Assembly: GCA_951406725.2 (NCBI GenBank)
Contig: OX597839.1
Location: 35,836,001 to 35,900,000, forward strand
From: Octopus vulgaris
Lineage: Eukaryota
Reading direction: 5' to 3'
Length of the DNA: 64,000 nucleotides
The position numbers and the translations under genes are program-made. The first letter of the stretch is position 1. Every line of letters begins with the position of its first letter. The notes under the pieces are model-generated. The model worked only from the letters and a program-made list of their open reading frames with translations, had not been told where the DNA came from and made no database searches. Below are positions 55,595 through 64,000 of this stretch, piece by piece.

Positions 55595-56015
55595 AACATA
55601 TGGATGCGAGACCTGGACACTAAAGAAAGCTGACCAGAAGAGAATTAATGCATTCGAGCTTTGGTGTTGGAGAAGACTTTTGCGGATTCCATGGACAGCG
55701 AGGCTCACCAATGGAGAAGTTCTTAACCAGATCAAGCCGAATCTGTTGCTAGAAGCTAGGATCACCAAGCATAGATTGGCATATTTCGGACATATTATGC
55801 GGAGAAAATCCCTGGAGAAGGACATCATGCTCGGAATGGTCAGTGGCAAGAGAGGAAGAGGCCGACCAAGAACCCGCTGGCTTGACACCATCAAGAATGA
55901 TACCGGAATGGACATAGCCAATCTGAAAGAAGCGGCCCAGGATAGAACTGACTGGAGGACACTGATCCAACGAGTAACCGAGAGTCGACTTCGACTGAGC
56001 AGACAGATAGATAGA
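55595..56015 (+). mobile_element. 5'-truncated RTE-clade (BovB-like) LINE 3' end with open ORF C-terminus
   Basis: YGCETWTLKKAD..AFELWCWRRLLRIPWTAR..YFGHIMRRKSLEKDIMLG..GRGRPRTRWLD; (GATA)n tail; 8-bp TSD AAGTAAGC (55587-55594 / 56016-56023). Confidence 0.9.
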
Positions 56016-56282
56016 AAGTAAGCGGTTCAAAACTTCTATGGGAGCAAGTCTAAGGCAAGGGAAATAACAATTGAAGCAGTTCCTCCATGAATTACTTCCC
56101 TTTAGCTGTGTATCATTCTACCGAGAGTATGTTGGAAGCTTTGATATAGCGCTCCACGTAGATTTTCGTGTTTCCAGTCCGCTTCTAGTGTAGTGGTTAA
56201 CGACTATACTGTATAATTCCACTCGTCATGAAATTAAAATAAAACAACTGGTTATGTAAATAATACCAGAGCATCTAGTAAT

Positions 56283-56345
56283 ATCAGAGAGCTAGGAGTA
56301 ATTGTTGACAACAATCTCAGCTGGAGTACCCACATCAATAATAAG
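56283..56345 (+). mobile_element. Short CR1-type RT fragment
   Basis: IRELGVIVDNNLSWSTHINN resembles the LGVxxDxxLxWxxHI motif. Confidence 0.55.
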
Positions 56346-57835
56346 TTCGATATAGTTTGTATAGGAGTAGGAATGGCTGTGTGGTAAGAAGCTTGCTTAT
56401 GAACCACGTGGTTCCGGGTTCAGTCCCACTGTGTGGCACCTTGGGCAAGTGTCTTCTACTACTATAGCCAGAAAAACCAGACTGATACACTTACAGAAAC
56501 AATCAAAGCGGGGGACATTTGTGTGTGTGTGTGGTGGGGAGAAGAAAGATTGTGTAAGATTTTATATAGATATAATCCCGTAATCTTTTGACTTCTGATC
56601 GCATATATTAAGTAAACACTTGTACGCTAGGAGCGGGGGTGCTCCTTCTTCTTCTTCTTCTTCTTCTTCTTCTTGGTCACCTCAAGCGCCTGAGGATAAC
56701 TCTCAGAAGCGCTAGAGCCGCGGAAGGGAGACGAATCGTCTCATTCATTGTAGCCCCTTGTTGGCGGATACAGCGTTCCGCCAGTGATGCTGTACTCCGT
56801 TTCTGAATGCAGGGTTCGATGTCTCACCAAGCAGTGAAGCAGCTCTTTAGGGGTTTCAGTCCTTTCCACTGTGACACCAGAGCTACATGGCATCGTCCAC
56901 CACCGATGTATGCGACAAAACTCCCTAACAAGAGCACGAGCTTTGTTGAGTTAGATTTTGTGACCCTGGGCCTGATGTTTCTACCATCCTCAATGCTCGT
57001 TCTTGCTGCATCACTCATTCTCTCTTGAACCAGATATAATATCTTGCTTTCTCAGCAGCATCTGACAATTTGTTTACGTCCTTGTAACTTAGCGGTTCGG
57101 CAAAAAAGAACGATGAAAAAAAAAGTACTATGCTTCAAAACTAAGAACTGGGATCAATTTGTTCAACTAAAACCTTTCGAGGTGGTGCCCCAGCATGGCC
57201 GCAGTTCATTGACTAAAATAAGTAAAAAGAAAAATACACACACACACATTCACACACGTACGCACACACATATTTACACATGCACACACACTGATACACA
57301 CGCACACATTCACATGCACACACACACACACATTCACACACACACACACACATTCACACACGTACGCACACACATATTCACACATGCACACACACTGATA
57401 CACACGCACACATTCACATGCACACACACACACACACATTCACACACGTACGCACACACATATTCACACATGCACACACTGATACACACGCACACATTCA
57501 CACACACACACATTCACACACGTACACACACACATATTCACACATGCACACACACTGATACACACGCACACATTCACATGCACACACACACACATTCACA
57601 CACACACACACACACACACACAGTGGAAAATTAAGATAAACAAATACGAATGATTAGTTCTTACGTACTAACAATTTACACCTGTTTTTATCTAATTGTT
57701 TGCCAGATATCCTAAGTATAATTAGCCAGACTGCTAAGGACAGTTGCAGACGACCACCACGCTGAAGGCTGACAGGATGACAATCTACGTGGAGCTCTAC
57801 CTCATACAGCAGATATCTCACTGTCACACAAGATA

Positions 57836-58864
57836 CGAGGGGAAGCTGAAAAGTTCCTGGCTTTGGGCAAAAGAAAATACAGGGGGATCAGTTAATTATG
57901 ATTTTATACAAGACTAGCAGTATCGCCCGGCGTTGCTCGGATTTGTAAGGGAAATAACTATATAAGCATTTTTAGAGAGTTATAGCAAAGAAATAGCAAA
58001 AAAATGCATTAAAAATGGAGAAAAAATTATGGTAAATTTTTTTTTAAATCGTTGACTCATCGTAGACGTTTTTAGAGAGTTACTTCCCTTATATAATAGC
58101 GAAAAAATGCATTAAAATGGAAAAAAAATTATGGCAAATTTTTCTTAAAAAATCGTTGACTCATCGTAGACATTTGTACAGAGTTACTTCCCTTATATAA
58201 TAGCGAAAAAATGAATTAAAATGGAAAAAAAATTATGGTAATTTTTTTTTTTTTAATCGTTGACTCATCGTAGACGTTTTTAGAGAGTTACTTCCCTTAT
58301 ATAATAGCGAAAAAATGCATTAAAATGGAAAAAAATTATGGTAAATTTTTTTTTAAAATCGTTGACTCATCGTAGACATTTTTAGAGAGTTACTTCCCTT
58401 ATATAATAGCGAAAAAATGCATTAAAATGGAAAAAAATGATGGTAAATTTTTTTTAAATCGTTGACTCATCGTAGACATTTTTAGAGAGTTACTTCCCTT
58501 ATATAATAGCGAAAAAATGCATTAAAATGGAAAAAAATGATGGTAAATTATTTTTTTAATCGTAGACTCATCGTAGACGCGCGCTAATACCCAGAAGGGC
58601 TCGATATGAATCACGACTATAAGATACCCGCTTTTGGTTAAACTGCACCGCAAAATGTGGGAGTAGTTAGGAATCTAAATCGTAGGAGACAGACACACAA
58701 CTTCACTTTTATATATAAAGATATTCCCCTCTCAGAATCACACACTCATTGCAGCGGTCCTTCAGTTTTTCTAAGCCCTGTAAAAGACCCTGGGATGTTC
58801 GGCCTCCAACCAGACCTTTCGCGCCACCCTTAAAGCCTGGAACTTTTCAGCCCCACCCCCTCGC
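57836..58864. mobile_element. Mariner-like MITE (TIR CGAGGGG..GCTGAAAAGTTCCTGGCTTT) split by the Helitron; related copies at ~12737-12903 and ~48850-49070
   Basis: TIRs with TA on the left flank; the three copies share the internal GAGAGGGGAATATGTTGAATAA segment. Confidence 0.7.
57914..58721 (-). mobile_element. Same Helitron family with an internal ~103-bp tandem array, inserted into a mariner-like MITE
   Basis: Same termini as 54505-54894 in reverse; about 6 units (GAAAAAATGCATTAAAATGG at ~57999, 58101, 58205, 58309, 58411, 58511); inserted between host A and T. Confidence 0.85.
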
Positions 58865-59775
58865 ATATACATATATACAGGGTGTCTACTAATTAGCGTT
58901 ACAATTTGAAAAGTTGACAAAAAGGAATGAGAAATTAAAATAATTCAATAGAATTTATTGGAAAACAAAAACCATTTTTTTTAGAAAAATCAGAACACTT
59001 CCGCCACTGGCGTGTGCCGCCCACAGGCGCCACAGAAAAACACATATTGCCTACAGTACAGCCAAAAGTTCCACCCGGGGTGCCACCCCACCCATGCACT
59101 AGTGACTTCCGCGTTGGTTCCATTGGTTGCGCTCAACATATCTGGACAACACAATAAATTGTAGAAGCTGCAAAGATAATTTATGAATTTAGCTCAGATA
59201 CCTATTTCTTTACTACCCACAAGGGGCTAAACACAGAGGGGACAAACAAGGGGATCAAGTCGATTATATCGACCCCAGTACGTAACTGGTATTTATTTAA
59301 TCGACCCCGAAAGGATGAAAGGCAAAGTCAACCTCGGCGGAATTTGAACTCAGAACGTAACGGCAGACGAAATACGGCTACGCATTTCGCCCGGCATCCT
59401 AACGTTTCTGCCAGCTCTCCGCCCTGGGAAAACAACAAAAGCGCTCAGATACCGCAGTGCTGTGAGCTCAAGGAGCCACGAACCTCCTCCAGGCTTCCTG
59501 ATTGCTCGCCTTCTCCCTGGCTCCACTTGGGCCAACTACCAACACCATCATGTCGTCCCAGAACCCAGAACATACTGCTCCACGTCTTCCTTGATCTTTG
59601 CTTCAGTCTCCTTCGAACATCCATCGCATCATGATGGTAGCATGTCACTTCTGCAGTAAACAAAGCTCATGGTCAGTGAACCGCGTCCACCGCTTAGTCA
59701 CCGTGTCCTGGTAAGAGACGCCCAGGACTAAATATAGACAATGTTAATGTAACATACACACATACATACATACAT

Positions 59776-59884
<109 letters not shown>

Positions 59885-60075
59885 CACATACACACACATA
59901 TCGATTTTTTCCTCTGTCTTCCCTTCTCTAGATCTTTCCTTCTCCTATGTTTCCGACGAAGAGCTCCGCTCGAAACGTTAAACCCTCCTTCTTTCCTGAC
60001 CGTCCAATAATACTTTATTTGTTCCACGTCCTTGTGTTGTTATGTCTTTTTGTGCTTTCTTGTTTGGATTAACTT

Positions 60076-60122
<47 letters not shown>

Positions 60123-60584
60123 CTTTTCAATACCTACTGAGGCAAGTGAAATCAAAATCAGAATTGCTGACATGGGGCCAAAGACAGTACCGCCTGATTG
60201 GCACTCGTGCCAGTGGAACATTGAAAGAACATCCAAGCATGGGGTGTAACCGGTCCACTTACGAGTACCCCTCTTTCATTGGACAATGAACTTTGCTTGC
60301 TAAGACCTATCGAGGCAAATGTAAACCAACCAAAATTGCTGATGTGGCCGATGACAGTTCCACCTGATTGGCACTTGTGCCAGTGGAACGTAAAATGCAC
60401 CCACTACACTCTTGGAGTGGTTGGCGTTAGAAAGGGCATCAAACTGTAGAAACTCTGCCAGATCAGATTGGAGCCTGGTGCAGCCTTTGGTTCACCAGTC
60501 CTCAGTCAAACCATCCAACCCATGCCAGCATGGAAGGCAGACGTTAATCGATGATGATGATGATGATGATACATACATACAAAC

Positions 60585-60630
<46 letters not shown>

Positions 60631-60795
60631 CTTCCCTTCTCTGGACCTTTCCTTCTCCTATGTTTTCGACGAAGAGCTCCGCTCGAAACGTTAAACCCTC
60701 CTTCTTTCCTGAGTGTCCAATAATACTATATTTGTTCCACGTCCTCGCGTTGTTGTGTTTTTTTTTTTTTTTTTTGTGCTTTCTTGTTTGGATTA

Positions 60796-60868
<73 letters not shown>

Positions 60869-61089
60869 GGGCGAGGGTAAAAAGTTGTATTACCCTTAAT
60901 TTATGCAGCAATAAGAAAATGGTGGGGGATCAAAAGGTAGTGTTCATCAACTTTCAGACATTATATTATGTCTATTTAAAATTGAAACCATGTAATAGTG
61001 AAACTATTAAATCACACTACAATAAGAAATGTTATTCTTTCACTTTTGACACGTAATACCGAAACAGTGTAAGAGATAAGGGATCACTC

Positions 61090-61245
61090 TGGGCTCGCAT
61101 TAGACAAGAAGTTGAAAACTGTTTGGGCCCATGACACTGCATGGACCCTAAGTAAGGCATGTGTAAAATTTCAATGAAACGGTTGGGTAGTTCTCGAGTT
61201 TTAGCGATGCGCGCACACACACACACAGAGTTTTATATCCATAGA
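61090..61245 (-). mobile_element. Helitron-like 5' fragment
   Basis: Minus strand begins TCTATGGATATAAAACTC(TG)n..AACTACCCAACCGTTTCATTGAAATTTT, like non-autonomous Helitron 5' ends; no 3' end found. Confidence 0.45.
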
Positions 61246-61280
61246 AAACCAATTACAAAGAAACTGAAAGTTAACAGAAA

Positions 61281-61430
61281 CACTAGCGTAGCTAGACGGG
61301 GGCGGTAGGGGCGGAACTTTTAAAGGGGCACCACCTTTGGGTCTGCTGTAGGCAATGATTTTTGTGGGGGCCCCCGGGACGGCAAACGGAAGGGCCGCCC
61401 CGGGCCACACACAGCCTAGCTACGCTAGTG
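61281..61430. mobile_element. GC-rich MITE, hAT-like
   Basis: Perfect 15-bp TIR CACTAGCGTAGCTAG / CTAGCTACGCTAGTG; TSD not clean. Confidence 0.7.
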
Positions 61431-61500
61431 GAATGAAATAATTCCGGTTTCTTTTGAGTCCCCTCCCTCGTATATATGTGTTAGTTTCTATGTAAAATCG

Positions 61501-61806
61501 TAACCTTTTCAACTATAGGTACAAAGCCTGACATTTTGGGGTAACCTTTTCAACTATAGGTACAAAGCCTGACATTTTGGGGTAACCTTTTCAACTGAAT
61601 CGTAACCTTTTCAACTATAGGTACAAAGCCTGACATTTTGGGGTAACCTTTTCAACTATAGGTACAAAGCCTGACATTTTGGGGTAACCTTTTCAACTAT
61701 AGGTACAAAGCCTGAAATTTTGGGGTAACCTTTTCAACTATAGGTACAAAGCCTGAAATTTTGGGGTAACCTTTTCAACTATAGGTACAAAGCCAGACAT
61801 TTTGGG
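61501..61806. repeat. 41-bp minisatellite, 7 copies plus a partial, derived from a SINE tail
   Basis: TAACCTTTTCAACTATAGGTACAAAGCCTGACATTTTGGGG at 61501, 61542, 61603, 61644, 61685, 61726, 61767. Confidence 0.92.
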
Positions 61807-61992
61807 GAAGGGCGATTGTCTGTTACATCGACCCCAGTATTTGATGAACGGCAAAGTCGACCTCGGTGGAATTTGAACTCAGAACGTAAAGACGGAATAT
61901 CGAGTTATAATTTTTTTTTAAAAAAGGCAGATAAAAGACCTGTAAGTAAACCTGATAGACGGAAACTGAAAGAAGCTTGTCGTGTATATATA

Positions 61993-62124
61993 CAGGGTGT
62001 CCCAAATAAAATTTATACACACCTTAAATAATTGTAAATTTGTTATTCTTTGTAAGCCTAGTACTTATTCTATCGTTCTCTTTTGCCGAACCACTATGTG
62101 TATACATTTTTTTGGGACACCCTG
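61993..62124. mobile_element. Tc1/mariner-type MITE
   Basis: TA|CAGGGTGTCCCAAA...TTTGGGACACCCTG|TA. Confidence 0.7.
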
Positions 62125-62793
62125 TATATATGTGTGTGTGTGTGTGCATATATACATACATATATGTACATACCTACATATATATGTATATATACATGCA
62201 TATATGGGTACAGGACATCAAAAAAAAAACGTTGAACACAATGAGAAACGAAAGCATGAAAACAAAAACATGGAACACGAACTTTAATATGGCCCCTCCA
62301 TATATAAATATATATGGTGGGGTGTCCTTGTGTCCCCACCACCACCACCAATTGCTTGACAACCGATGGTGGTGTGTTTACGTCCCCGTCACTTAGCGGT
62401 TTGGCAAAAGAAGAACGATAGAATAAGTACTGGGGTCGATTCATTTGACTTAAAATTCCCCCGAGGCGGTGCCCCAGCATGGCCGCAGTCTGGGCAAGTG
62501 CCTTCTATTATAGCCCTGAGCTGACCAAAGCCTTGTGAGTGGATTTGGCAGGCAGAAACTGAAAGAAGCCCCTCGTATATATGTGTGTGTGTGTGTGTTT
62601 GTGTGTCTGTCACCCAAACATCGCTTGACAACCGATGGTGGTGTGTTTACGTCCCCGTGACTTAGCGGTTCGGCAAAAGAGACCGATAGAATAAGTACTA
62701 GGCTTACAAAGAATAAGTCCTGGGGTCGATTTGCTCGACTAAAGGTGGTGCTCTAGCATGGCCGCAGTCAAATAACTGAAGCAAGTAAAAAGA

Positions 62794-62830
<37 letters not shown>

Positions 62831-62938
62831 CCTGCTCGCTTAGCCAGCGGGGTGGCGTCATTTGAAGGCTAAAACAATGCGAAGCGCATTGTGACCAGCG
62901 ATGTGTAACAGCATCTGATAGCCTGGTCGGTCACGGTG

Positions 62939-62970
<32 letters not shown>

Positions 62971-64000
62971 CAAGTAAGTTAGGGGTTGTGGATCCAACCC
63001 ACTAAGGGATAATACTTATCCAATATACTGTTGGTATAATACCCATATTATATATAGATATACACGCACCTATGTGTGTGTGCGTTATATATCTGAATGA
63101 TCACAAATATAGCTGAGAACATTCGTATACAACTTCAACCAGAGGTTCAGGTGATATCTCGCAACATATTTCACTAATAGTTCACATTCCTACATCACTT
63201 TGTTAAGTAAATATGAAAGTTATATATACTCTTTTCTTTATTATAGGCATATAGCCTGAATAAAAAGTTATATATACATCAGTAATGGGCAACGCAAGTC
63301 CGGGAGGATGGTTCCATTTCTTGTAAATCCACACCGCAACCTGAATATATAAACAAAGAATTAAATAAATATGCCAAACTATATATCAAGTGGTCTATTT
63401 GAATTCGTCCGCTGTAATGAGCACCGCCGCCTATATAGGTTAACAGCACAGTCAATTTATCGGGCCGCACTTTAAATCTGGATATATTCATAACCACAAG
63501 CGCTCTAAATCAATACAACCCTTCTCACAGTGTTTCGTGTAAACTTTTTATTGCCACAATGGGATGTATATGTCCTTGTTTCGATAAGGTAAACGTCTAT
63601 ATATGTGTGTATTTTTATATGCATATAAATGTGTTGTATGTTTGTTTATATCTATTTTAATTATATTCTATTAGTGTAATTAACGTATTTTTGCTTTGTT
63701 TTTCTTTCTTTCGTCTTTGTTTTAACCATACCCAATATTGTCGTCCCGTAAGGAAATGCTGGGTGACCCAACAGTTCGATGACTTTGTACTATAATGACT
63801 CCTAACATGCTTTTTCTCTTTCCTTTACCTAATTCAACCCGTTCGGCCTGATTGAAGGGAAGACCTCTCTTCACACGGACTTATAAACATTACCAAATAC
63901 AGGAGAAATAGTTTTTATTCATTGTATTTTCTTTTCCGGATTGTTTTTCTACTTTTTAAATGTGTGAGACTCCGACCAAGTTTTGCTGTGTGTGTGTGTG

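Noticed and set aside
59160-59753. Possible third solo LTR (TGTAG...GTAACA) containing a SINE with TSD GCTCAGATACC
   Set aside because: No TSD at the putative LTR ends, so the boundaries are unsupported.
61501-61806. CRISPR-like regular repeats (also 26470-27040 and 57990-58580)
   Set aside because: Contiguous tandem units with no unique spacers, eukaryotic context and no cas genes.

Overview
AT-rich, repeat-dense eukaryotic genomic DNA. The SINE families and microsatellite load match Octopus or a related coleoid cephalopod (recognition, not a database result). Two convergent protein-coding genes are supported. On + are the last nine coding exons of phenylalanyl-tRNA synthetase beta subunit (FARSB, 1360-14783); one intron (3955-5854) has textbook U12-type minor-spliceosome signals. 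On - is an intronless 618-aa polypeptide N-acetylgalactosaminyltransferase of the GALNT7/pgant7 type (44591-46447). The rest is transposon-derived or simple repeat: several SINE families, CR1 and RTE LINE 3' ends, a decayed Tc1 element, two solo LTRs, non-autonomous Helitrons, many MITEs, minisatellites and a ~5.4 kb (TA)n array. The most notable non-gene signal is several distinct families of minimal type I hammerhead-ribozyme motifs (Penelope/retrozyme-like), one of them in a ~322-bp tandem unit. Most long ORFs in the supplied track are microsatellite artefacts. All structures were read by eye; no folding or database searches were run.
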